A stretch of DNA of 64,000 nucleotides from NCBI GenBank assembly GCA_943787795.1, contig CALSNU010000003.1, positions 1-64,000 of the forward strand. The letters run 5' to 3'. Both the position numbers and the translations under genes were made by a program. Below the pieces are notes generated by a model. The model ran no database searches and was not told the DNA's origin. It was given only the letters and a program-made list of their open reading frames with translations. Positions within the stretch are counted from its first letter, which is position 1, and every line of letters begins with the position of its first letter. The DNA comes from an uncultured bacterium. GTDB taxonomy: Bacteria; Planctomycetota; UBA1135; GCA-002686595. Positions 9,766 to 19,690 of this stretch are shown here, piece by piece.

Positions 9766-10691
9766 CGGCTGGAGGCGAGGAGTGGCGGAACGGCCAGCTC
9801 TTCAAGACCACGGAGCCGCTCTTCGGGCTGGTTTCGCTCTGGACGGTGCTGGCGGTGGCCGTGTGGGTGTCGACGGAGACCCACCTCCATCACGTGGACT
9901 GGGAGAAGGGCAGCCCCGTGTCAGTACTGGGCTCGATCCTCCCCGAGTCTGTGCTCGCGAGCCAGGTCCTGTTTGACCTGAGCCGGTGGACCCTGTGGAT
10001 CGCGGCGGGGTGCTGGAGCCTGCGCCTCCTGGTCCCTGTGTCTGGCTGGGTCACCTTCGGCGCCTACACGCTCCACGCGTCCATGTTCTGGGAGAACCTG
10101 CCGTGGTTCCGACACAAGTTCGTGCTCCCCGCGCTGCTCCTGTTCATCCACGCGATGTGGTTCCAGTGCTACCGGCGGGAGTTCAGAGCGGCCCGCGGAG
10201 CGCTCCTCAGCGCGAGGATCTGTCCCGCGTGGGTGCCGTTCCTCGGGATCTACAGCGTCGCCACCTTCTATGGCCTCGCCGGCGTCATGAAGATCTGGCG
10301 AGGGGGGCTCGAGTGGGGGGACGGCCTCTCGCTGCAGCTGTGGATGTACCGCTTCGGTGACGAGGATTGGCTCCTGACTCGGTGGATCCTCGAGCACCGA
10401 ACCGTCGCCATGGTCCTGCAGTCGGGGGCGATGGCGATCGAGTGCCTCTCGTTCCTGGCGGTGGTGATCCCGCGGTTCCGGACGCCCTTGGCGCTCGGCG
10501 TGATCGGGATGCACATCGGGATCGAGTTCACCTTCGGGATCCCGTTCGCGAGCAACGTGGTCCTCGTCACGGTGTTCCTCCTGCCTTGGACCCGGCGGGT
10601 CGTCGATCGTTTCGCCAGCGCGAGATCGCTCCCGAGCTCGCACCCTGCCGAGCTGGAGCGGTCCGCCAGCGAGGCGCCTGGCCAGGGCTGA
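9762..10691 (+). CDS. HTTM-like (vitamin K-dependent carboxylase/SdpB-related) membrane protein
   Basis: YGLAGVMK..W.DG, IECLS and GMHIGI..FGI.F motifs; several TMs. Confidence 0.75.
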   Translation: MTAGGEEWRNGQLFKTTEPLFGLVSLWTVLAVAVWVSTETHLHHVDWEKGSPVSVLGSILPESVLASQVLFDLSRWTLWIAAGCWSLRLLVPVSGWVTFGAYTLHASMFWENLPWFRHKFVLPALLLFIHAMWFQCYRREFRAARGALLSARICPAWVPFLGIYSVATFYGLAGVMKIWRGGLEWGDGLSLQLWMYRFGDEDWLLTRWILEHRTVAMVLQSGAMAIECLSFLAVVIPRFRTPLALGVIGMHIGIEFTFGIPFASNVVLVTVFLLPWTRRVVDRFASARSLPSSHPAELERSASEAPGQG

Positions 10692-10789
10692 CCGCCGCCC
10701 GGAGGCGCAGGGGGACCCGGGGGAGGGCCGTGGGGCCGTGTGGGGGCCTTGCGGGGGCGGGGGGGCCGTCGTCGAGCGCCCGACCGCGC

Positions 10790-12199
10790 TCAGTCCGACT
10801 CGCCGCGCGGGGGCTGAGGTGCGCTCCGTCGATAGACCCACGCCATGTTCGTGGATCGAATCCCGTTGGGGTCATGGCCGCCAAAGTAGATCGCGGTGTC
10901 CTCCTCGAACGGCGACGGGGCGTAGCACCGGGTCGCCACGAGGGGAGCCTCGTCTGCGCCGTCCGGACCGCCGACCCGCTCGATTCGATAGCGCCTCTCG
11001 GCGTCGCGTACCGCGTAGAGCGCCCCTCGGTAGTAGCCCCTCTCCCAGGTCGGCAGCTCCGGGCCCGCCCCTCGAAACTCGAGGCCCACGAGGTGCTGGC
11101 TCGAGCCGGTCACCTGCGAGCGGACCGCGAGGAGGTCGTTGTAGGCGCCGAGGACGTACTGGACCTTGGACGCGCCCGTGTAGTCGCGGATCAGGTCCGC
11201 GAGGACAGCCTCCTGGTGCCGGGTGAAGCCCCCCTCGGGGGTCCGGTCCAGGCGGATCATCTCGCCCTGGGCTGCGCCGTCGGGGGACCACATGAAGAGC
11301 AGGGACTCACCACTTCCCTCCGGAGCGGCGACCGCGGTGAGGCCTCGGACGCCCCCGACCTCGGAGCGGATACGAGGCGCGAGGTCGGAGAGATCGTGAG
11401 CGACCAGGTAGCTCGGTTCAGGGCCGTCCTCGCGCCTGTAGATCCGTCCGCCTGAGGAGAAGAAGAGGGAGCCGTTGGCCGAGGTGATCCCCAGCGGTCG
11501 CACCGCCAGCGGACCGAATTCTGGCTCGCTTCCCCAGGCGATGCTCCCGGGGACCTCGGGGTCGTAGGCCCCCGAGAAGATCCCCTGGGTGCCGACGGTC
11601 AGGAAGGCACGATCGACGCCCGTGACCGAGTCGCGGTGGACGTGGAGATCGCGGACGGAGTAGGCCCCGGAGCGGCCCCGCCGGCCCGCGAGGACGCGGA
11701 CCTTGGTCCACTCGGTCGCGCTCTCTCCGCGCACGAAGCAGTGCACCGCCGTTCCGCTCAAGCCCGTGGCGTAGGCGCACGCGACGAGCAGGGTGACCGG
11801 CGACTCCAGCGCTTCGCCGTCTCGATCGGTGCCGAAGGTGACGCTCGTGAGGACCTCTGGACGCACGTGACCGGGCCCGAGCTCGAGGTCGACCTTCCAC
11901 TCCCCGCCGGGGGCGTCCAGGCGGAGGATCTGCGCCCAGCCCTCTCGCGGATCCGTCCCGCCGTAGAGCACGTTGCCTCCATCCTGCCAGTAGCCGACCG
12001 CCGCGTAGAGTCGGCCGCCGTGTCCCGCGAGGTGCAGGACCTCGGAGCCTCCCAGGCTGGAGGCCTGGTCGGCGCTCTGGCTCGGGGAGAACGACCGCGT
12101 CCACTCCTGGGCGGGGGCCCGGAGGGCGGCGAGGGGCGCGGTCAGGAGGAAACACGAGAGGAGGCGCCAGGGGAGGCACCAGCGGAGCCGTGTCAGCAC
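10790..12199 (-). CDS. Secreted hypothetical protein, probable beta-propeller
   Basis: Long ORF with coding-like composition and a signal peptide ending ..APAQ; GTG 12199 start uncertain (ORF opens at 12352). Confidence 0.7.
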   Translation of the reverse strand: MLTRLRWCLPWRLLSCFLLTAPLAALRAPAQEWTRSFSPSQSADQASSLGGSEVLHLAGHGGRLYAAVGYWQDGGNVLYGGTDPREGWAQILRLDAPGGEWKVDLELGPGHVRPEVLTSVTFGTDRDGEALESPVTLLVACAYATGLSGTAVHCFVRGESATEWTKVRVLAGRRGRSGAYSVRDLHVHRDSVTGVDRAFLTVGTQGIFSGAYDPEVPGSIAWGSEPEFGPLAVRPLGITSANGSLFFSSGGRIYRREDGPEPSYLVAHDLSDLAPRIRSEVGGVRGLTAVAAPEGSGESLLFMWSPDGAAQGEMIRLDRTPEGGFTRHQEAVLADLIRDYTGASKVQYVLGAYNDLLAVRSQVTGSSQHLVGLEFRGAGPELPTWERGYYRGALYAVRDAERRYRIERVGGPDGADEAPLVATRCYAPSPFEEDTAIYFGGHDPNGIRSTNMAWVYRRSAPQPPRGESD

Positions 12200-12378
12200 G
12201 TCGAGCCGCGGGAGCGGGACCCGCCGGGGCCGGCGTCCGAGCGGGCTCAGAGCCGCGGGGGCGTCGATCGGGCGTGGAGGCCCTTCCTCAACGGCTCCAC
12301 GGTGGCGGGCGGGTCCACGGTGGCGGGCGGGCTCAATCACTGGCGAGGTCATGGGTCATTGAACTCTCGGGCGGGGGG

Positions 12379-12732
12379 TCACGAAGGGACGGTGTCGGCC
12401 TGCCGGGCTCTGCGGCGGAGCAGGGCGGCGGCCAGGACCGCGCGCCTCCCGAGTCGATCGGAGAGCCCGCCGAGTACGGGGGATCCGAAGAACTCCCCGA
12501 GTCGCATCATCCCCATGGCGACGCCGAGGAGGAACGCCCGCCGCGCGACGCTGGTGCCGTCGGGGAGGACCCCGTTCTCCACCGGGTGGAGGAACATCGG
12601 CGAGAGCACTGGCGAGACGAGGGCTCCGCCGAAGAACCCGAGGAAGACCAGCGCGTAGATGATCGCCGTGCCCCGGCTGCGCTCCCCGGTGGCCGGGCCG
12701 GGCGCCGGGCCGGGCGCCGGGTCAGGCGTCAT
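12379..12732 (-). pseudogene. Truncated TetA/DHA1-type MFS transporter
   Basis: Two TMs plus motif A GGLSDRLGRR, then a stop after 117 aa; no continuation found downstream. Confidence 0.75.
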
Positions 12733-12941
12733 GGCGGGGCGGTCGGGTCCGGAGCATGTGGGTTAGCGTAGCGGACCGCACCGCGGCGCTGGCGCCGTTC
12801 CGCACCGCGGGCCCTGGCAGCCAGCCCCTGCCAGGTTGAGCCGCTCTCGCCTGGCCCGGCACAAGCCACCAGGGGCGGGCTGTCGGCGGCTACGTCTCGC
12901 GGGCCGGGTCTCGCTCACCTTGTCCAGCGGCTCGGGCGCTC

Positions 12942-13058
12942 CCAGCCCAGAGAGCCAGCCCAGAGAGCCAGCCGAGAGAGCCAGCCGAGAGAGCCAGCCG
13001 GAAGAACCAGCCGAGAGAGCCAGCCGGAAGAACCAGCGAAGAGAGCCAGCCAGCAGAG
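12942..13058. repeat. 13-bp tandem array, 9 units (ccagccgagagag consensus)
   Basis: Units read directly; variants ccagcccagagag and ccagccggaagaa. Confidence 0.95.
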
Positions 13059-13091
13059 CTGGTGACGGCGGCGCCCACCTGGGGCCTCCGG

Positions 13092-14423
13092 TCAACCGCG
13101 ATGGACCGGGGCGCGGCGCACCAAGAGGAATTGATGGACCGCAGCGAGGAGGAGGAGCGTCCCGCCCGCGATCCGGAGCGCGGGCGCGTGAATGAAGTTC
13201 ACAGTGCTCCCTCCGAGTTCGTTGGCCAGCAGTGCGATGGCCAGGAGCGTGAGGCCTGCGACGCTGGGACCTACGAACCCTGCGCTCTGCAGCGGCCCCG
13301 GGGCATCCGCCGACTCGGGGTCGGAGGCAGGTGGTGAAGGGGATCGGAGGAGGATCAGCGAGCTGGCCGCGGCGGAGACGATAAAGAGGATCCCCGGCAG
13401 CTGGAGCGGATCGTGCATGAAGCTGAGCTCCTCGGCGAAGGTCGCGGGGAACTGATCTTCGACCAGGCGATTCTCGATTCGAAAGCGTGTCGCGCGCAGA
13501 CCCTCCCCGATCCCCAGGACCGCCAGGTACACCGACATGAGCAGCGAAGTCCGCCCCGGGACCCCGGCGGGACGCGCCCGGTGAGCCAGCAGCAAGAGAA
13601 TGGACGAGACCCACAGCAGCACGCACACCAGCCAGCTGGGCGGGCTCCCCCAGTTCTGGCTCAGGCGGTCGGACCACGCCTCGTCTTCGATTCCAAGGGC
13701 GCCTTCGATGAGGTCGCTCCCCAGGATGGCGAAGCCAACGACGGCGACGACCGAGACCACGGCGAGGCGGAAGCCCCAGCCCTCGCGGGTAGGGGTTGAG
13801 CCCTCGGTCCGAACCCGCCGCGCCTCGATGTCGAAGGCCTCGAGGGCCACCGTGAACAGGCCCGCGGCGGAGAGGATCTTGAAGGTCTCCTCCCAGAGGT
13901 CCTTGGCGGTGGAGCTCAAGAAGATGCTGTCGATCCCGGTGCTGATGCTCGCTAGACCGCAGGCCAGGATCCCCAGCCAGCGGAGCCTCTTCGCTCGCCA
14001 GAGGAGGGGGAGGCGCCAGAGCACCAGCGCGGCAGCGACCACGCCGTAGGAGAGCACCGCCACGTCGTTCCAGTTGCGCATCCCGAGCGGAGCGGGGGCC
14101 TGTATCTCCTCCGAGAGGAGCTCGTGACCCTGGAAGCGCTCGTCGATCCCGAGGAACAGGAGCCCAACAGACGCGACGAGCCAGAAGGCCCGCAGGCTGG
14201 ATCCTCGGCTGCTCAGGTAGGTGAGACCGAACAGGGCGGAGGCGCTGAGGAGCCACACGCTGCTGACGAGGTCGATGGGGCCGCCCTCGCGAAAGAACAG
14301 GTTGGGCCGCTCGGCAGGACCCAGCGCGAACCAGGCGAGGCTCCACGCGAGGGTCGCGCCGTACGCCGCGGCGATGGCGGCGTCGCGGCTCCGTGAGGGG
14401 AGAGGCGTCAGCACTCGGTCCAT
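13092..14423 (-). CDS. Multi-pass membrane protein of unknown function
   Basis: About 12 TMs; acidic intramembrane motifs EGGPID, IDERFQGHE, WEETFK. Confidence 0.75.
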   Translation of the reverse strand: MDRVLTPLPSRSRDAAIAAAYGATLAWSLAWFALGPAERPNLFFREGGPIDLVSSVWLLSASALFGLTYLSSRGSSLRAFWLVASVGLLFLGIDERFQGHELLSEEIQAPAPLGMRNWNDVAVLSYGVVAAALVLWRLPLLWRAKRLRWLGILACGLASISTGIDSIFLSSTAKDLWEETFKILSAAGLFTVALEAFDIEARRVRTEGSTPTREGWGFRLAVVSVVAVVGFAILGSDLIEGALGIEDEAWSDRLSQNWGSPPSWLVCVLLWVSSILLLLAHRARPAGVPGRTSLLMSVYLAVLGIGEGLRATRFRIENRLVEDQFPATFAEELSFMHDPLQLPGILFIVSAAASSLILLRSPSPPASDPESADAPGPLQSAGFVGPSVAGLTLLAIALLANELGGSTVNFIHAPALRIAGGTLLLLAAVHQFLLVRRAPVHRG

Positions 14424-14621
14424 GGGTGGACGCTAAGGGTCACGACATCGTGGTTCTAGACCTACAGCCATCGATGCTGGGGGATCTTTCCCGATCCGTT
14501 CACTCCGGGTCGTCTCGAGGGCGGGGCGGACCCTCCACGGCTTCACCCCTTGCCAGGACCTGTTCAAGAGATCCACACCGGCGCCTCGCTCCTCGCCAGG
14601 GCCCGCGGCCCTGAGGTCGGG

Positions 14622-15635
14622 TCAGGGGCGGGCGGCCCAGGCGATGGTTCGCCGTGTGGCCTCATCCAGGGAGACGGGTTCCTGGTACCTGCCGGCGCAG
14701 GCCCTTGTGAAGGGGACCATGTCGTAGGAATGGGAAGCAGCGAGCTGCCTGGCGACGAAGCGGGTCATGGGCGGCTCGGCGGCGCGGCGCAGCGAGCGGT
14801 ACAGGAGCTCGAGGGCGGCGCCCACGGCGTAGGCGGCGGCCGCAGGGACCCTGCGAGTCACGGGCGGTCGTCCCGTCCCCTCGAGGACACGGTTGATCCA
14901 GTCCCACAGGCGGACGGGCTCCTCGTTGTTCACGAAGAAGGCCCGGCCGCGGAGGCCCTTGGCGCCCTCACGCAGCGCGTCGGCGGCGGCGAGGTGGGCG
15001 GCCGCGGCGTTCTCCACGTAGGTGAGACTGACCTCGCTCTCGCCGTCGCCGACGATTCGCAGACGACCCGCGTCCGCGCGCTCGAGGAGGCGGGGGATCA
15101 GGTTGGGGTCTCCGGGTCCGAAGATGAGGTGCGGGCGGAGCGACACGGTCGCGAGCTCGGGGCCGTCGGCGGCGAGCACCAGCCGCTCGGCCTCCGCCTT
15201 GGTGCGGGGATAGTGGGCGAGGTATCGGTCCGGATACGGGAGGTCCGGCCCCGCGTTGACGTGGTCGCCGCCGCCGAAGACCACGCTCGGGGAGGAGGTG
15301 AACACGAGGCGCGGCACGCTCGCAGCGCGACAGGCGTCGATGACCCGCGTGGTCGCGACGACGTTGGCGCGCTCGTAGGGCTCCGCGGGGCCGAACACGC
15401 CGGGCCGCGCCGCGCAGTGGTAGACCGTGTCCACCTCACGGCGCCGGAGGAGCTCGACGAGGCCCGCAGGGTCGTCCGCAAGGTCGGCCTGCAGGGTCTC
15501 GACGCCCCGCGCGTCAAGGTCGGGATACGCGCCCCGCGAGATGCTCGCCACCCGCTCGCCCCGCTCAAGCAGGGCGTCGACCACGGCGCCGCCGAGGAAC
15601 CCCCCGCCGCCGGTGACCGCGGCGCTGCCACTCAT
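14622..15635 (-). CDS. oleD: 2-alkyl-3-oxoalkanoate reductase (3-beta-HSD-like SDR)
   Basis: TGGGGFLG, FTSSPSVVF, YPRTK, LRPHLIFGPGD; overlaps oleC. Confidence 0.85.
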   Translation of the reverse strand: MSGSAAVTGGGGFLGGAVVDALLERGERVASISRGAYPDLDARGVETLQADLADDPAGLVELLRRREVDTVYHCAARPGVFGPAEPYERANVVATTRVIDACRAASVPRLVFTSSPSVVFGGGDHVNAGPDLPYPDRYLAHYPRTKAEAERLVLAADGPELATVSLRPHLIFGPGDPNLIPRLLERADAGRLRIVGDGESEVSLTYVENAAAAHLAAADALREGAKGLRGRAFFVNNEEPVRLWDWINRVLEGTGRPPVTRRVPAAAAYAVGAALELLYRSLRRAAEPPMTRFVARQLAASHSYDMVPFTRACAGRYQEPVSLDEATRRTIAWAARP

Positions 15636-17350
15636 CGGACCTGCTGCTCCGCCCAGGTCTTCAGCTCCTCGCGGTGGATCTTGGCGTTGTGCCGGGGGTC
15701 CACGGGGAAGGCCGGGTGGAAGAGGAAGTGCTCGATGTCCGCCGAGCGAGGGACCTTCCGCCCGATCTCGCGCAGCTGCATGATGAAGCCCTGGGTCATG
15801 ACGTCGCTCTTGGGGTGCTCCCCGGGGAGCGCCTCGACGATGCAGAAGGGCACCTCCTCGCCGGGGGGGCCGACGCCCACGAGGGCGGTGCGGGCGGCGC
15901 GCGGGTGCTGGTTGAAGATGTTCTCGAGGGGGACCGGCATGCGGACGCCCTTGGGGGTCTCGATCCGGTGGGTCTTGCGGCCCATGAACCAGAGCCGGCC
16001 TTCGCTGTCGAAGCGCCCGACGTCACCGATGCGGTGCCAAACGGACCCGTCAGCGCAGCGGAGCTTGGCGCCAGCGGTCGCCGCGGCGTCCTCCGCGTAC
16101 TCGGCCGTGACCACCGGGCCGCGCACGCAGATCTCACCGACCTCGCCGAGGCCCAGGGCGAGGTCGTCGGACCAGCGCTCGATGGGCTCATCCGTGATGC
16201 CGATCAACTGGATCTGGATCGCCGGACTTGGCCGCCCCACGCAGGTGCCGGCGCCGTTCTTGAGCGCCGTCATGAGACCGGGGACGACCTCGCGCCCGGC
16301 GATGCTCGCCACGGGGAGAGACTCCGTGGCGCCGTAGGGCGTGTGGACGTCGGCGTCGAGCGACAGCACCGCGTGGGCATCCTGGATGAGGTCCGGGGGC
16401 ACCGGCGCCCCGGCCATCAGCAGGCGGCGGAGCCCTGTGAGCTTGATTCCCTGCTCGCGGCAGTGGGGGAGCACCCGACGCCAGATCGCGGGGGAGCCGA
16501 AGGCCGCGGTGGCCCCGCACTCCTCGATGGCGCGAACGATCTTCTCGGGCTCACAGTGCGCGGGTCTCGTCACGTCCATGTCCGGGAAGACGCTGGTCAT
16601 CCCGAACGCGATGTCGAAGAGCGCGAAGAGGGGGAAGCAGGCGAGGTCCACCTCGCCTGGCTTGAACCCGTACATGGCCCGCAGGGCGCTGACCTGCGCG
16701 TGGAACATCCCGTGGGTGTAGAGCACGCCCTTGGGCGGCCCGGTGCTCCCGCTGGTGAACAGGATCGCCGCGGGGTCGTCACGGTGAGTGGCCTCCATGA
16801 TCGGGGCCGGCGAGCCCGCGCGCTCGAGGCGCGCGAGGGTCCTCCCGCCCCAGGCGAGTCGACGCCCGACGGTGACGAAGACCTTGACGCTCCGGAACGG
16901 GGCCCGGAAGAGGGTCCGGACCAGGTGGGCGGCGGGGACGCCGATGAACACCTCCGGGGCCATGCGCTCCACCGCGGCGAGCAGGCGCTGGCGGCCCATG
17001 CCGGGGTCCGCCAGGACGGGCACCGCGCCGAGCTTGAAGGCGGCGTAGGTGATGGCGATGAGGTCGGGGCCGGGCCGGACGAACAGGCACACCCGCATGC
17101 CCTTCTCCACGCCCTCGGCCGCGAGGCCGGCGGCGATCCGGTTGGAGCGCTCCTCCAGTTCGCCGTACGAGAGCGCGCTCCAGCCGCGGCCGCCGGGGCC
17201 TGGAGAGACGACGGCGGAGGCGTCGGGGTGGCGACTGGCGCCCTCCGGGAGGAAGGCGGCGATGTTGACCTCCTCCGGAACGCCGCCGAGGGCGGCGAAC
17301 GGATCGGCGGCGCCCTCGGGCGAGCGCGCGGGACGCGGATCGTCGCTCAT
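15632..17350 (-). CDS. oleC: Olefin beta-lactone synthetase (AMP-binding)
   Basis: ILFTSGSTGPPKGV, TPYGATESLPV, WHRIGDVG and the C-terminal FPVDPRHNAKI typical of OleC. Confidence 0.9.
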   Translation of the reverse strand: MSDDPRPARSPEGAADPFAALGGVPEEVNIAAFLPEGASRHPDASAVVSPGPGGRGWSALSYGELEERSNRIAAGLAAEGVEKGMRVCLFVRPGPDLIAITYAAFKLGAVPVLADPGMGRQRLLAAVERMAPEVFIGVPAAHLVRTLFRAPFRSVKVFVTVGRRLAWGGRTLARLERAGSPAPIMEATHRDDPAAILFTSGSTGPPKGVLYTHGMFHAQVSALRAMYGFKPGEVDLACFPLFALFDIAFGMTSVFPDMDVTRPAHCEPEKIVRAIEECGATAAFGSPAIWRRVLPHCREQGIKLTGLRRLLMAGAPVPPDLIQDAHAVLSLDADVHTPYGATESLPVASIAGREVVPGLMTALKNGAGTCVGRPSPAIQIQLIGITDEPIERWSDDLALGLGEVGEICVRGPVVTAEYAEDAAATAGAKLRCADGSVWHRIGDVGRFDSEGRLWFMGRKTHRIETPKGVRMPVPLENIFNQHPRAARTALVGVGPPGEEVPFCIVEALPGEHPKSDVMTQGFIMQLREIGRKVPRSADIEHFLFHPAFPVDPRHNAKIHREELKTWAEQQVR

Positions 17351-18288
17351 CCCTCGCCCGTCTCGGTGTGAGCGGGCTGCTGGCGGACGCGGCGGATCGC
17401 CTCGAGCACCTCTTCGGGCGCGTCCTCCATGACGTAGTGCCCCACGTCGTCGAGGCGTGTGACGGGGACGTCGGGGAAGCGCTGCTCCCAGCCGGCCAGG
17501 AAGAGCGGCGAGAAGCACCAGTCCTGCATGCCCCAGACGATCTCCATGGGCAAACCGCGCAGGCCCTCGAGACCGTCCGCGATTCCGGCCAATGGCGCCC
17601 AGGACGGGTGGTCCTCCCGCATGGGGATGTCGGCGACGAAGCGCCAGGTCTGCTCGCGCTCGCTCCAGCTGCCGTAGGGCGCGAGGAGCGCGGCGCGTAC
17701 CTCGGCGGTGAGCGGGCGCTCGGTGGTCATGTGGGTCGCCGCGCGCGCGAAGGCGTTGCCCCCCTGGACCGCAAGTCGCCCGAGCCCGGGCACCCGGCAC
17801 AGGGCGATGCGCCGCGGGATGCGGGAGGAGGGGAAGGCCGCGGTGTTGGTGACCACGAAGCGGCTCACGCGATCGCGGCGTGCGAGGGCCGCGCCGAAGC
17901 CGATGGCCCCGCCCCAGTCGTGCACCACCAGGGTCACGTCGCGCAGGTCCAGCTCATCCATGAGCGCGACCAGCGCGTCCACGTGCTCGGCGAGGCGGGT
18001 CCCGCCGGGGACGCGGTCGGAGAGGCCCATGCCCAGGTGGTCTGGGACCACGACCCGCGTCTCGTCCTTGAAGCCGTCGACGATCGCGCGCCAGTAGAAC
18101 GACCAGGTGGGGTTCCCGTGGACGCACAGGATCGGGCCGGGCCCTCCCTCGCGGACCGCGCCCTCGTCCACGTAGTGCAGAGCGCGCTCCTGGACCTCGA
18201 GGAAGTGGGGCTCGTACCCGAACAGGTGTCGGAAGGGCTGCGTCCGGTCGCGGGCGCGCGCCTCGAGCGCTTGCAGTTGGAGGGTCAA
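17347..18288 (-). CDS. oleB: Beta-lactone decarboxylase (haloalkane-dehalogenase-like)
   Basis: HGNPTWSFYWR, VHDWGG, WGMQDWCF, GHYVMED; TTG start uncertain. Confidence 0.85.
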   Translation of the reverse strand: MTLQLQALEARARDRTQPFRHLFGYEPHFLEVQERALHYVDEGAVREGGPGPILCVHGNPTWSFYWRAIVDGFKDETRVVVPDHLGMGLSDRVPGGTRLAEHVDALVALMDELDLRDVTLVVHDWGGAIGFGAALARRDRVSRFVVTNTAAFPSSRIPRRIALCRVPGLGRLAVQGGNAFARAATHMTTERPLTAEVRAALLAPYGSWSEREQTWRFVADIPMREDHPSWAPLAGIADGLEGLRGLPMEIVWGMQDWCFSPLFLAGWEQRFPDVPVTRLDDVGHYVMEDAPEEVLEAIRRVRQQPAHTETGEG

Positions 18289-18437
18289 GGGGCCGTGCGG
18301 GTGGGGGATCCGTGCGGGAAGATCCGTGCGGTGGAGATCGGGGCCGCGGCGGGCGGCTGGTGCGGCCAAGAGGATACCGCTCCCCGCCGCGGAGGGCCGG
18401 ATGTCTCCGCGGACCACACCTGAAACGCGCGGGGGGC

Positions 18438-19637
18438 TCAGTGAGAACCGCGGAGACGCAGGGTGCGCGGCGTTGGCTGGCCGTGGACGGCGTCCACGCG
18501 GACGGGAGCGGCGAGGCTGTAGGACCACTCGCCGGAGCCCTGCCCATCGCCGTCGCCCTCGCGGGCACGAAACTCGACGGGTCCGAGGGGGAGGTCATGC
18601 AGCTCGAAGATGCCGCCACGGACGGGGTGGTAGCCCGCGTTCCAGGGGCCCCGGTCGGCGACGGGCGCAGCCGGCGCACCCGCAGGCGAGGCGTCCGCCA
18701 GCGGCAGGCTCCAGCGGACCCAGCGCACGGCCGCCTCGGCGTCATGCTCGCCGCCGGGCGGGTCAAACTCGATCCGGATCGCCACCTTGCCCCGTGGCTG
18801 GAGCGGCTCGTCGAGGTGTATGACTGACCGGTTGGAGAGACGACCGGGCTCGATCCGGGAGGTGGACCAGAGCCCGTCCCGGGTCACGGCCCGGACGCGG
18901 AAGCCGTCCTCCTGCATGGTGTTGCCGATCGCGCGGATGCGCGCGAGCGCGAAGCCCTCGGGGGTGCGCCGCGCGGCCGCCGTCCCCCCGGACCCGCCGA
19001 GCATGCTCGAGACCGGAGAGATCGTGGCCTGGGCCTCGAGGATCAGGTCCTCGGCCTGCACGCCTTCGGGGAGGCCGCCGCGGTAGATGACCGTCGGCCC
19101 CACCTGGGCTTCGAAGCGGGACCAGACGCCGGCCTTGGCCCGGCGGGCTGACCCCACCCGAGAGGTCGCCCAGGGATCGAAGCCCGCGCCACCCCAGTCC
19201 ACGGGCCAGGCATGGATGTCCCAGGGACCGTCACCGTCGAGCCCCGTGATGGCCACCCGGCCGTCCTCTCCTGTGATCCACTCGCTCCGCCGGCCAGGGG
19301 AAACGAGGGGGCTCGTGCCGACGGGCAGCGCCTGCACGTGATATCCCCTGAGCGGCTGCTGGGTGTCGCTGGTCACGAGCAGGACGCCGACCCGCAGCGC
19401 GCGGGCGTCCTGTGGAGGCGAGACGGCTGCCGCCGGGACGTGGAGCGGTTCGCGCTCTCTAGCCGCGGCTCGGGGGGCGTCGCTGGCGGGGAGGGGGGCG
19501 GGCTGCGGCGTGGCCTCGGGCATGGAGCCCCTCTGGACAAAGGCCTGGTCAGGGCCCGTGGAGCCCCTGGAGGCGAACCAGGCGGCACCAGCGGCGATGA
19601 GCGTGACGGCGAGGAGGAGCGTGAGGCGGCGGCCCAT
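18438..19637 (-). CDS. Membrane-anchored hypothetical protein with carboxypeptidase-regulatory-like beta domains
   Basis: N-terminal TM, Pro/Ala linker, TGEDGRVAITGL motif. Confidence 0.7.
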   Translation of the reverse strand: MGRRLTLLLAVTLIAAGAAWFASRGSTGPDQAFVQRGSMPEATPQPAPLPASDAPRAAAREREPLHVPAAAVSPPQDARALRVGVLLVTSDTQQPLRGYHVQALPVGTSPLVSPGRRSEWITGEDGRVAITGLDGDGPWDIHAWPVDWGGAGFDPWATSRVGSARRAKAGVWSRFEAQVGPTVIYRGGLPEGVQAEDLILEAQATISPVSSMLGGSGGTAAARRTPEGFALARIRAIGNTMQEDGFRVRAVTRDGLWSTSRIEPGRLSNRSVIHLDEPLQPRGKVAIRIEFDPPGGEHDAEAAVRWVRWSLPLADASPAGAPAAPVADRGPWNAGYHPVRGGIFELHDLPLGPVEFRAREGDGDGQGSGEWSYSLAAPVRVDAVHGQPTPRTLRLRGSH

Positions 19638-19643
19638 GGGGGA

Positions 19644-19684
19644 ATGGTATCGGCGGCGAGGATGGCGGGGCCGCCAGCTATCCT
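19644..19684. promoter_or_regulatory. Back-to-back -10 boxes, each 6 nt from an ATG (putative divergent leaderless promoters)
   Basis: TACCAT on the minus strand (19644-19649) before ATG 19637; TATCCT (19679-19684) before ATG 19691. Confidence 0.6.
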
Positions 19685-19690
19685 GGGCCC

